A DNA stretch of 64,000 nt from Bilabrum cf. latius. Its lineage: Eukaryota. The notes beneath the pieces are model-generated. The model saw only the letters and a list, made by a program, of their open reading frames with translations, was not told the DNA's origin and did no database searches. The position numbers and the translations under genes are program-made. Positions 53,801 through 64,000 of the stretch are shown piece by piece. The stretch is from contig OZ237776.1 in the NCBI GenBank assembly GCA_965178125.1, forward strand, positions 310,001 to 374,000, read 5' to 3'. Position 1 is the first letter of the stretch, and every line of letters starts with the position of its first letter.

Positions 53801-55841
53801 CCTTGCACACCTTGCACTCCTCAAGCCCGCGTACATCGGCGAACCGCCCTGGCTGGCACGCCTTGCATGCACTCTAGCCGGCCTCATCGTTGTACCTCCC
53901 AGTGGGACAATCCACCGGCAGGATTGAACCCACTTGGAATGCATAGGTGCCACGAGGCACCGAGAAACACTACAAGCTACCTTGTGACGACTAGAAACGC
54001 CCTATTGGGCATGGTGTACACGACGATGTACCGCTTGCTGGTTGGTATCGACCAGCCGGACACAAGGCGCACTGTCCAGACCTAGGAGAAGCGGCAAACT
54101 TGCCGGCTGGACACGCTCGGCACTGCTCGGCTGCTCCAGTTGCATAACGACCCGAGGGGCAGTCATCACACTGTGAAGATCCTAGACTCGCGGCAAAGCG
54201 GCCAACAGCGCAACCCGTGCAGACTGCATCTCCAGATCGAGAGAAGCGTCCTGGCTGGCACTCGGTGCACGACGACGCTCCCGCGATTGCCGATGTTCCA
54301 GCACTACAGGCACTGCAACCAGTCTACTCTGCATTGGGTATGGTGCCCCCACTGCATTGCACGCAGCTGCTGGCATTCGCGCCCGAGTACGTGCCCGCCG
54401 GACAGCCCGAGCAGCTGCTGGCATTCGCGTCCGAGTACGTCCCCGCCGGACAGCTCGCGCAGCTGCTGGCATTCGCGTCCGAGTACGTCCCCGCCGGACA
54501 GCCCGAGCAGCTGCTGGCATTCGCGTCCGAGTACGTCCCCGCCGGACAGCCCGCGCAGCTGCTGGCATTCGCGTCCGAGTACGTCCCCGCCGGACAGCTC
54601 GAGCAGCTGCTGGCATTCGCGTCCGAGTACGTCCCCGCCGGACAGCTCGAGCAGCTGCTGGCATTCGCGTCCGAGTACGTCCCCGCCGGACAGCTCGAGC
54701 AGCTGCTGGCATTCGCGTCCGAGTACGTCCCCGCCGGACAGCCCGCGCAGCTGCTGGCATTCGCGTCCGAGTACGTCCCCGCCGGACAGCTCGAGCAGCT
54801 GCTGGCATTCGCGTCCGAGTACGTCCCCGCCGGACAGCTCGAGCAGCTGCTGGCATTCGCGTCCGAGTACGTCCCCGCCGGACAGCTCGAGCAGCTGCTG
54901 GCATTCGCGTCCGAGTACGTCCCCGCCGGACAGCCCGAGCAGCTGCTGGCATTCGCGTCCGAGTACGTCCCCGCCGGACAGCCCGAGCAGCTGCTGGCAT
55001 TCGCGTCCGAGTACGTCCCCGCCGGACAGCTCGAGCAGCTGCTGGCATTCGCGTCCGAGTACGTCCCCGCCGGACAGCCCGAGCAGCTGCTGGCATTTGC
55101 GTCCGAGTACGTCCCCGCCGGACAGCCCGAGCAGCTGATGGCATTTGCGTCCGAGTACGTCCCCGCCGGACAGCCCGAGCAGCTGCTGGCATTCGCGTCC
55201 GAGTACGTCCCCGCCGGACAGCCCGAGCAGCTGCTGGCATTCGCGTCCGAGTACGTCCCCGCCGGACAGCCCGAGCAGCTGCTGGCATTTGCGTCCGAGT
55301 ACGTCCCCGCCGGACAGCCCGAGCAGCTGCTGGCATTTGCGTCCGAGTACGTCCCCGCCGGACAGCCCGAGCAGCTGCTGGCATTCGCGTCCGAGTACGT
55401 CCCCGCCGGACAGCCCGAGCAGCTGCTGGCATTCGCGTCCGAGTACGTCCCCACCGGACAGCCCGAGCAGCTGCTGGCATTCGCGTCCGAGTACGTCCCC
55501 GCCGGACAGCCCGAGCAGCTGCTGGCATTGTAGAGCGACGAGTAGTATCCAGGCTGACATGGTACGCATGCCGGTCTGTGCCACGCAAATCCGTTCCCGC
55601 ATACGCACGAGATGTTGCCGCCATGGAAACTGCTAATATTCTGATTATTAAGTGTTGCATTGGTTAATGCAGCTGGCCTTGCATTTTCTATGCAGTTGGC
55701 TTGTGCAAAAGAGAAGAAGCCAAAGCCTGCCGCAAAGACAACAATTATGAACATAATTGACGGTACAAGCTCATCAATCCTCCACAAATATGATGTTTTA
55801 CTTAATGGCCGCAATCTCCCCTGTTGGCGCTATTGTGGCAT
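11892..55841 (-). CDS. Giant (~14,650 aa) intronless surface/receptor-like membrane protein; alternative start ATG at 55754
   Basis: About 70 listed minus-strand ORFs share one frame and all end in TAG. Every gap between them was translated by hand and contains no TAA/TGA. First true stop is TAA at 11894-11892. Signal-peptide-like MFIIVVFAAGFGFFSFAQANC at the N-terminus and a coherent domain order follow. Confidence 0.88.
12391..12802 (-). repeat. Dispersed ~88-nt coding duplication in the cytoplasmic tail (ASRSREPAEGPT..VMDG) at 12391-12478 and 12715-12802
   Basis: Direct nucleotide similarity; the 324-nt offset keeps the frame. Confidence 0.8.
14540..16380 (-). other. Multi-pass (~7 TM) domain of the giant protein, of the type found at the C-terminus of protist beta-helix/GPCR-related membrane proteins
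   Basis: Preceded by CAKGYGGPLCATC. Contains KIGLGYTQFL, YLRMDYSVQCYTE, FGFLFKGYDVERQRYWWESVQIIRK, LLPYDRWWLNSVE and several hydrophobic helices. Confidence 0.75.
31550..36900 (-). other. GGAI-type (pectin-lyase-like / Pmp-like beta-helix) repeat region of the giant protein
   Basis: Recurrent GSGGAVSA, GDGGGMAV, GSGGAILL, GSGGAIRV, RHGGAIAA, GGGAIRA, GSGGCIEL, MQGGVLRA, FGGCLAS, MGGAIFSG, SGGGAIAM. Confidence 0.65.
48700..52600 (-). other. RCC1/CRINKLY-like beta-propeller repeats of the giant protein
   Basis: KLAAGRAHMCFIESSSRAIRCQG, SIQCGNTHVCGTTRSGKAVCW, EVATGLASACLATARGTVACFG, KVTVGAGFVCAML, DVCMGRDFGCTLSELGAVHCF. Confidence 0.7.
54362..55529 (-). repeat. 48-nt coding minisatellite, ~24 near-identical copies encoding CPAGTYSDANASSCS(G/S) (GCC2/GCC3 / ephrin-receptor-like Cys-rich repeat)
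   Basis: Unit gagcagctgctggcattcgcgtccgagtacgtccccgccggacagc(c/t)c on the + strand. It grades into diverged CxxCxxGxY/F repeats down to ~53360. Confidence 0.95.
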
Positions 55842-56088
55842 CAGTTGGATGATGTTGCACTCATACACTGGAGGGCGACGTGGAGTCTTCCGAGTCGCAT
55901 TTGGGTGGAACTGCGGACCTCCGCCGGTCTCAGATATTTCCGAAAGCTCGTACCAGAATACTGCAGCTTTGATGGTACGATTGTCACTAACACAAACCAG
56001 TAGCAAAGGCCGAATTCCACCACAGAAGCCATGGAGACGCCGTCGTGGCTTGGATCTGGACTGGGTCCCGATTTGTTAGGACTGGTCC
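55842..56088. promoter_or_regulatory. Putative short bidirectional promoter between two divergent large surface-protein genes
   Basis: Inferred only from the head-to-head arrangement (~250 bp between start codons); no motif identified. Confidence 0.4.
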
Positions 56089-59000
56089 ATGTCTTCCAGC
56101 CTCGCGATATTTGCAATCACCATGCTGCTACGAATGCGGCCAGGTTCCTTTGCGTTGAAGTCACAGGTTGCATGCTGGCCCTACGAGTCTGATAGAATCT
56201 GCACAGACAGGAAGGGAGAAGAGTATCTGGCGCGCAACGTTGGGGACAACGTCACAGAGCGCGAGTTTGCTAAATCCGTGAGACGTATACGAAGCAACTG
56301 CGACTGTCACCCTCATGTCACATAGGCTGGTATTTTTAATTCAATCCAAAAATATTCTCGCGCAGGTATTCGTTGGCGATGGATTTGTTGCTGGTATTGC
56401 GCACGTAGACGTAGCAGATATGCCATCGCTCCTCTTTGCCAGCCAAAGCCGGCTAAGTTCAGGCCAGCAAACTGCCAATAATTTAATCGATAGCGAATTC
56501 AGGTATAGCTCAACCCGACAGGTGTGGACAAGCATGGCTGGCTCGGCGGATGGCCGAGTTTTGTGCCTTCTTGGCTGGTCCGGTTCGATGCGATGTGCGA
56601 CAGCTACGTCGAGATTTGATTTGTTTGCGTAGGCTGCTAGTACAAAACTTGTCCTGAGAACTAGGTTCGGCAGGTTACCCGGCGAGCGCTCGATCTTTTC
56701 TAACAGCCAAGTCGCAGACAAGCTGACCGACGACAGCTTGGACACATTCATTTTGGCGCTTGGCAAAGGGAAGCCATTAGAAATTGCGTTACGTTCAACC
56801 CTTTTGTCGCAAACAATGCATATTCATGTTGAACTGCGTCGCTCCGCTTCGACCCGATCGCCATCTGGATTGATTTCTTTGGGTTGTACTGCTCTAACCA
56901 ATTGCTTGATGTCGCCAGGGAGGGTCATCAGCATCACTGCAGTTGGTGATCATGATTACCTGCTCAAAACTAGGGGTCTTTTCGATAGTATTCAGTTGAT
57001 GCAGCCACCTGCTGATTTTGCTTGGATTGTGAAGGAGTTACACTTCTTGAACTCGGATCCTGCAGCAATCGCGTCATAGTTCGGACGTAACATAGCGATA
57101 ACCCACGATATTACAAAAGACAACCTCAAATCGTGGAGTATGAAGGCCTCCAAGTCATTTTCAGCTAGGGCCAGCTTAAGCCAAGCTGCGGTTACGTCCA
57201 GCGGCTCGCATGTCTGCGTCGTCCGCAAATCTCGTCATAAAGCTGTGACATGTATGGATAGCGGCACGGCATATCCAAGCGATAGCGATGGACATACAGA
57301 CGATCTTACTGGTATGTTTCACACGAGATCGCGCGCGGCAGTTGCAGACCTGTGTGCCGGCAATGGCTTCGTTTGTGCTATGTCGGTCGGCGGTTCCCTC
57401 ACTTGCCGGTCAGCGGACGGAGATGAACAAGCACAGGAGCTGGAGTCCGCTGGCGCAAACCAGACCGAACCTCTCGTGCGCCACCCAGCAATGTCGTGCT
57501 CTTCTCGTGGTGTGTGCACCCTGCAAACGCTCCTGGCTGAAGCGCGTCCGTCAAACGAAAGCTGCGGTCTCCCAGCCAGATCAGTCGTCCGATGCTGCGG
57601 TGACATTGCCGTCGACCTGCTGGGGCAGCAGCCGGACTCTATTTTGCTTCCGTCCCTCTCGATGTAGTTTGTGCGTCAACAGAACACAACCTGCGTCGAG
57701 GCAGTCGTGTTCGAGAGCCAACACTCCGTTTGCAGCGCGCCCGATGCCCACAGACCAACTCCTCCGAACCAGCTGTCTATCGCGTAGAACGGGGCCGCTA
57801 TCGCCGTTCTGCTTCTGGACGCGCGTGGTCGTATGACTCCGGTGCCTAGCTATTGGGCCACACCAGAAAAGCCGACGCAACGGCGAGGTCTTGACGACAC
57901 ACTCGTCGACCTGCAAGAAGTCACCCTAAGCACGTTTGCGGACGATGTTGCGACAGCCTGGGCCAGAAAGCTTGCGGCTGGTCAGCTGACGGGGCTACTC
58001 GCCCGGCAACGGCCAGCAATGAACGGGTCAAGCGCGTGGAGCCATTCGGTACAGGGTCCGGTCCTCGTACCGGCCTCGGGCAGGTGGCAGCTATCCGCAA
58101 GCAGCACGCAGGCGTGCGGAACACCGCCCTACGGCGGCATGGTGATTTGCGTGGATTTCGTGGAGGACCTTGGGTACTCGTTGGGCGGGCGTAGGGCAGT
58201 TGCTGCAGTGCTTCAATCCGAGGTCCTGTCGAATTCGGTGTCGACCGGAGCTCCTCGAGCGACAGTCTCTGGGAATGATGAACACGACTCTCTCGAACCA
58301 CAAAGCCCGCAGCGAGCCTTGGTTCCGTACTCTGGATTGGATCGTGATGGCTTGGACTGGGCGAGAGATGCTTTGCCTCGGGAGGCAGGCCACCCATATG
58401 CCATGCAAGACAGGTACTGGACCTCTGGGAAAGAGCATCCAAACTATGCAGCCGCGCTTCGCCTCGAAGGAATAGCAACCGATCGGAGCCGTTTAGACGA
58501 GGTGCGGCTCGTAGGAGCTGTCTTGGTTGAGGGGCACGGCCTGGTCGTGAGCCACGCAATGAGGGTCGACGGTAATCTCACTGCAAGGCAATTCGAAGAG
58601 CCATTCACGTGCGCACCAGCATAGCGTCTTGAGCCCGTGCTTGGCCCAAGCCGTGTGCTTGTGGACTCGCGATGGCCTCACTCCGGGCTTTCCCGCAATC
58701 GAGCCCTCGCATCTGCGCCCATCCGAGACGCGATACGGCGTGACGGTTTGATCGGGAGGACTGGCATTGGCTCTGTGTCTGACCTGGAGTAGCTCTGGGC
58801 GAGACTGCTAGCCTCAGAGAGACTTTCAGAAGATATTCTCTACCACAGAGCCTCGAACACGAGTTTGCTGACGTCCGCCGGCAGGCTTACGGCTGTGCAT
58901 CTCGACTCACTCGCTGGAAGCCAGCATGGTCTTGGCGTGAGTGCGAGCGGAGCGCAAGTCAGCTGCGCCAACAAGACAGTGTACAAGCTATGGGGTGCCT

Positions 59001-62000
59001 CGAGCAATTCATGGGCAGCATCAGGCTCTATCAATCGACAGAGACAGTCCTGGATGGCACATCAAGCTCTGCTCTCCAGCACACGGCAAGGCACCGCTGG
59101 GTGGAGCACGGTGGTTCCTTTGACCGCGGCAAGCACAGACATAGTTACCAGGACCCTCAATGCCGAGTGCAAAGGCGCACAGACCTCGAGCTACACCGAG
59201 GACGTATCACGGTCTCCCTATGGCATCGCGCTGTTCGCGGGGTCTGCACTCCCGGCCGAGCGAGGCAACGGAACGGTGTTCCCCACCGTTCCAAGGGTTG
59301 CGTAGCTCCCAGAGGTTGGTAGCCAGAGCACACAATGTTCTCCAAGCACTGATAGAACATACGCGGGAGTTGCAGCTGTGACTACGTCTCCCTCATTCGT
59401 TGTGCAAGGCGGCGTTGAGGTCGCAGCGACCAGCGGCAGCGACGGTACGAGGCGCGCGACGGTCCTGTTCCGACCTCCTGTAGCTGGAGCGAATCGGAAT
59501 GATTTGCTTCTGAAGGACTACTCGTCGGGTCAACTGTGTGAAAGCATCGCTGACGTGGCCGAATCGCGTGCGTCCACCAGCCTCGTTGGCGCTCTGACGG
59601 TGGCAGACGGTACCATCTGCGGCATCGAAGTGCCGGCTGACATGCTGGAGAACCATCACTTGCACCGCGACAAGCGAATGGCACTAGGGAGCAAGTACGT
59701 GTGCCACGCATTGCCATTACCAACGTCTGGCCTTAGGATTGGTCGTGCAAATACTGGGAGCACGCCGGCATCCCTTCACGGAGCGCAATCCCAGCAAGGA
59801 GCCATTCGAGCAGCCGCCCTTGAGCGTCGAAGCTAGCTCTACAAGGACGTGGTTGCTCTTGCTCGCAAATTTGGATAGACTCCTCCTTCAACACTAGAAT
59901 TCCTGAACCAGTCGACTGGCCTAGACAACGCATAGGAAATCCGGCAAGATGTTCTGGGCCATGCAGCGTCTTCCATCCAGGCGTGCATGCCGACGGGTCT
60001 GCTGCCGCCACTCAATTCGAATCCTTTTCGGAATGGTATCCCTCAGAGGTACGCTACCAAGTACAATTTCGGAGGCGGTCGAAGGACAACGGGCCCCGAT
60101 CTGGTATCACTATTTGGCTCTGGGTATGGGGAGGGCAGCACCGTGGATTCCTCAGTGCCCATCTCAGGCTTCGGGGGTTGCATGTGCGCTGCCAGAATGG
60201 ACGCGTCGCGGTCTGATCCCGGACTATCCGAAGACGCACGCGTAAATTCCGGAATAGTCTGCTGGGGTGCTACCGCTGATTCTGCCATTGGGACACGATG
60301 CGACCTCCTGGCGTCATCATCGTCGGAATCAGTCCTGCACTCATCAAACGCGGCCGCCTGGGAATACATTGCGCAGCGCGTCCACCACTAGCTGATTGGG
60401 TAGGCGATTATCAATGAAACGTGGACCCCACCCAAGGCAAACATGTCAGAAGTCACGCATGATGCGCCCCGGTCATCGCTCCCGACCAAAGAAGAACCAC
60501 CTGCATTCCTGCGGTGCGAACAGATGCACAGCCCTGCCTTTCATCAGGCCAAGAGTGCGGAGAGCACGGTTCTGGCTCATTACCGAGCACTGCGAGCGGA
60601 CCTGAATTCCAGTGCTTGGATTCGTAGGGCACGTCCCAGCTTCGTTGGCGGTGCCAGTGCCTCCACAAGAGTGCTGGATGTGTCGACTGGGTAGAGGCAC
60701 GTATGTTATATCTAGGCGACTCGAATGCGCTTTAGGATTCTCAGCGAGGTGTCCAGGAACAACGTGATACAAAATGAGACGACAAACACAGGTGACATAG
60801 ATGCAGCTGTCCTGTGTTCTGCCCAGGCAGGTTCGAGTGAGCTTGTGCGAGTTCCTAGGACTCTCGCCCCAGCCCAGCGAGCCAACGTGACATTGGCGCC
60901 CGCAACGGTTGCACATTACTACCCAGACACAAGGTACAGGCTCATCAACGGAACGGAGGAGCTTGCAGATGCTGTGAATGCATCGGGCTGCAACTGCACA
61001 AGAGTAGTCGGCCAAGTGGAGCAATGCCGGCGGGTTATCAGCACTCCGCGGGGCAATGGGACAGAAAATCAAAATGAAGCTTACGGCTGCCCTAGTAACG
61101 TGCTGCAGGCTGTCGTAACTGGTGATTTGTCCAATGTGACTTGCTGGGAGACCTGCACTGCTTCCCCGAGACCGGACGAATACGTTCTTCCCCCTGTACC
61201 TCGAGCGGTGATTGCTTGGTCCGACACGCTGGCTGATCATGCATCGGAACGTAGAGCCATCTAGTGGTTGTAGCTTGTCTCTCGAATCGCTCAGAACCTA
61301 TCCGATGCTTGCAGAATTTCCATGGCACGTGGACTATCAGGTGCAGGGGACCGGCTGCCTCTGATTCCCATCTCATGGTCGAATGTGTCAACGGGGGCTG
61401 ACGCAGGGGACAACTCTTCAGCGTGGAATGCGTCCACTCTGCAACAGTGTAAACTGAACGATTCCACTGCCGGATTGAACTGGTCCGGGTCTGTGGACAT
61501 TGTGAATCTGTGCCGCAACTCGAGTGGTGGTGCTCACCACGATGCTTGGACCTATGCCCGGAATGCCTCTGTAGCCGTCTGCCACGAGTGGCTGCTTGCA
61601 GGCAACCGTAGTTCTCTCCAAACAGTTGCATCGCTATTGGAGCCATCATTAGCAGCTCGTCCCGCCGGGGAAGACGGTTTTCACGAATCTGGCATTGACC
61701 GATGGAACGCAACGCTCTTCGGCCGTGAGCGACCCATCGTGCCGTTCGGGAACACGTTGGCTGAGGCGAGGTCCCAAAAATGGAGCCAGGCAGATCCGTA
61801 CGAAGCGAACCGACTGTTTCCGACACGAGTGTGCTCGGGCATTGACTTTTCGTGCGCTCTTGATCACATGGGATTGATTCAGTGCTGGGGCAAGGCTGCT
61901 CCAGTCGGCAACGCAACCACAAGTGGCGGCCTTGCTTCCACCCTTCATCCGATCGCCGACGGCACCCTGCAAGAGGATGTGATTCTTCTCGTAGCTCAAG

Positions 62001-64000
62001 AACGTACATTAAGTGAGCAATACTCTCGCGTACAAAACAATTTCAACAAGGATCAACCCAACATTCAGCTGCTGCTATAGCGCCGTCAGGCTACGAGGCG
62101 GCAACTACGAAATCTTGCTTGGCGCTTCACGGACATCTCGTGCGGCAGCACTTTCGTATGTGGGCTAGTTGAAGCAGGTGGAGCGAGAGGAGAGGAATTT
62201 TCCCCTCCAGTTTGCTGGGGCGGGGAATGGGGACCAGACCCGCAGGTGGTGGGGGAAGGCCTCGTTCGATTTGAGCGCACGAGGCAGGTATCATCTTGGA
62301 TCAATTCGTTTTCCGGCGGACTGGAGTATGTATCCAACGCACAACAGTGTGCAGCTGAGATTTAGCAGCACGGAATTTCGCCTGTATTGGCAGCCTTTGA
62401 TCCGCCAAAGGACTGTCAAGATGGCACCCTGGGCCTCAAGTTCAGCCCTCAGCTCGGCTCGTGCATTCCTGATGAGTGGAGGGAGCCGGGCTGGGACAGG
62501 TACGGTAGCATCAACAGCGTGAATTGCACGCTTGCTCGTAGTCTATTGGCCATCAATCTCAGCGCCAATGCCAGCACGTCTTCTGCAGGAGATGTCGATA
62601 TGCCGGCTGTGCTTGCATCTTTGAGTATGTAGGCACCATCACTGTCATGGATGGCGTACTCAGTGCCAGATTCTGTGGATGTCACATTGACCCCGCTAAT
62701 ATTGAATGCCACCAATCAATCACGCGATGCTTCAAATGAGACACTCCTCGAGGCAGCAGTAGTTACCCTCAACGTCTCGACCTGCACGGTACTCTTTGCG
62801 GAGAAGGAAGAACCTCATGCAAATGTGACGGTGTGCGACTGTCGAAACCAGACGGCCGGGATATAGAGTAGCACTGGCTCGCAGAATCTAAATGGGACGC
62901 TGCTAGGGTGTGAGAACGGTACAGCCACAAACGCGAGTCAATGTCAGAATGGGACGCTGCTGGGATGCTAGAGTGGCACAGCCACAAACGCTAGCCGGTG
63001 CTGGAGTACTGGTGACGGTGCATCCACGAACTACACGCAGCCGACCTATGGCAATACCACCTTGTCCCAGAACAGCACTGGCCCGGGATGTTCATGCAAT
63101 ACAGAAGAAGCAAGTGGTTACGATCCGTACTCCAGCGAGTTTTGGAAGCAAGCACGAGTGGATGACATGGTACAGAAGGCATGTAGTGCTCTAGTTGCGG
63201 TTCACAAACAGGAGAACGCCACCCTTTGGAAGTCTCGGACAGCCCACATCGCCAGAATCTAGGCTGATCGCCAGGCTTCTGTATCCCAACAAATGGTTAA
63301 ATCAGTTGGATTATGCCTTGTCAAGCCTGCTTGCAACTGCACGACGGCTTTAAGCAGCAATGCTGGTCTCTAGTAGTTCGCGAATGGACTCAAAGGATTG
63401 TCATTCAGTGCTATTGAGACGTTCGTGCAGGGGAGATCGCAGTGCAGCATTGCACAGCTGCAACAATGCGTGAATGACGCAGTCCGATAGAACGTTCTGA
63501 GCGTCTAGAATCCATCGGAAGTAAACCTGGTGCGATTGAAGAACAAGTGCGGGGAGAGTGACATGCCCCACGTGGCGCGGTCCCTGCTGTACTGGTGCCG
63601 ATCTGCAGATCCTGTACAATCTGAGTGCGCCGCCAACGCGCTGTTTGGGATCACTGCACCGCGGAGCAAGTGGAAGTGGCCCACGTTTGAGTGGGCTTCC
63701 GGTGGGGAGCTTGTGTACCGAAGGGCAATCAGTAGGCTGCATCGGAACATGCAGCATGTGCCGGCCGACCCGGGATCGCCAGCGCGATTTCGTAGTTTTC
63801 CGAACGGCCTTAGTCCATCCGAGAGCGCTTGGCGAATGGTTGCAAGCGGGCACGGAACGGTGTGCCTCGTACCGCGTGTGGTATCTGCCGATGTGCTACC
63901 AAGCGTGCGGCCGAAACGACGTCCAGGTCATGCCCTGTGCTGGTCTGCCCCGAGCCTCAAGCCAGCAAAGTCAGGAGGTCCTCGAGTCATGGAGGTAGAC
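56089..64000 (+). CDS. Large secreted/surface protein with RCC1/CRINKLY-like repeats, 3'-truncated (>2600 aa); exons 56089-56277 and 56366->64000
   Basis: ORFs from 56315 to 63262 share one frame and end in TAG (~26 in-frame TAG, including TAGTAG at 63371-63376). No TAA/TGA to the window end. Motifs ADLCAGNGFVCAMSVGGSLTC, RVCSGIDFSCALDHMGLIQCWG, FTDISCGSTFVCGLV...VCWG. Signal-peptide-like MSSSLAIFAITMLL; many N-x-S/T sequons. Confidence 0.82.
56278..56365 (+). other. Putative 88-nt spliceosomal intron (GTGAGA...CGCAG)
   Basis: Canonical ends and an AT-rich 3' half. Removal joins the signal-peptide exon in frame to the long ORF (FAKS|VFVGDGFVAGI, an RCC1-like strand) and removes the TGA at 56279. 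Confidence 0.7.

Noticed and set aside
54362-55529. CRISPR array
   Set aside because: Contiguous 48-nt units with no unique spacers, coding in frame, no cas genes, eukaryotic context.
54140-55667. Overlapping long ORFs in the other five frames of the minisatellite
   Set aside because: By-product of a 48-nt unit that lacks stops in every frame. Only the CPAGTYSDANASSCSG frame continues into flanking homologous sequence.
11892-55841. Pseudogene or sequencing-error explanation for the many stops
   Set aside because: Decay or error would give TAA, TGA and frameshifts too. Only TAG occurs, in one unbroken frame over 44 kb, and also in conserved U2AF65 and COMMD genes.
11892-55841. Many tiny in-frame introns removing each TAG
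   Set aside because: Frame is conserved across all ~150 sites, I noticed no recurring intron-like context around them, and TAGs sit at consensus residues within domains.
56330-56365. Alternative 36-nt intron (GTATTT...CGCAG)
   Set aside because: Its length is a multiple of 3, so it would not move exon 1 into the long frame and would lead to a TAA near 56480. The 88-nt GTGAGA intron fits.

Overview
Gene-dense, GC-rich, nearly intron-free eukaryotic (protist-like) nuclear DNA. The main result is a variant genetic code in which TAG is a sense codon, most likely Gln, while TAA and TGA remain stops. The many short ORFs in the standard-code track are mostly artefacts of this. Reading through TAG gives seven genes: (1) a 5'-truncated, largely disordered protein (+, to 4181); (2) splicing factor U2AF65 (-), with TAG inside its conserved UHM domain and a TAG-TAG pair at the conserved Q-rich motif before RRM1; (3) a protein with a PD-(D/E)XK-like nuclease motif, possibly Crinkler-type (+), bracketed by a diverged ~135-bp direct repeat; (4) a DUF1475-like membrane protein (-); (5) a COMM-domain protein (+); (6) one uninterrupted ~43.9-kb reading frame (-, 55841-11892, ~14,650 codons, roughly 150 in-frame TAG by manual count, no in-frame TAA/TGA), encoding a giant surface receptor-like protein with Cys-rich repeats, RCC1-like repeats, GGAI beta-helix repeats, a multi-TM domain and a disordered tail; (7) a divergently transcribed second large RCC1-repeat surface protein (+, 56089 to beyond 64000). 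No tRNA, rRNA or CRISPR array was recognised. All family assignments are from motif recognition by eye, not database searches.
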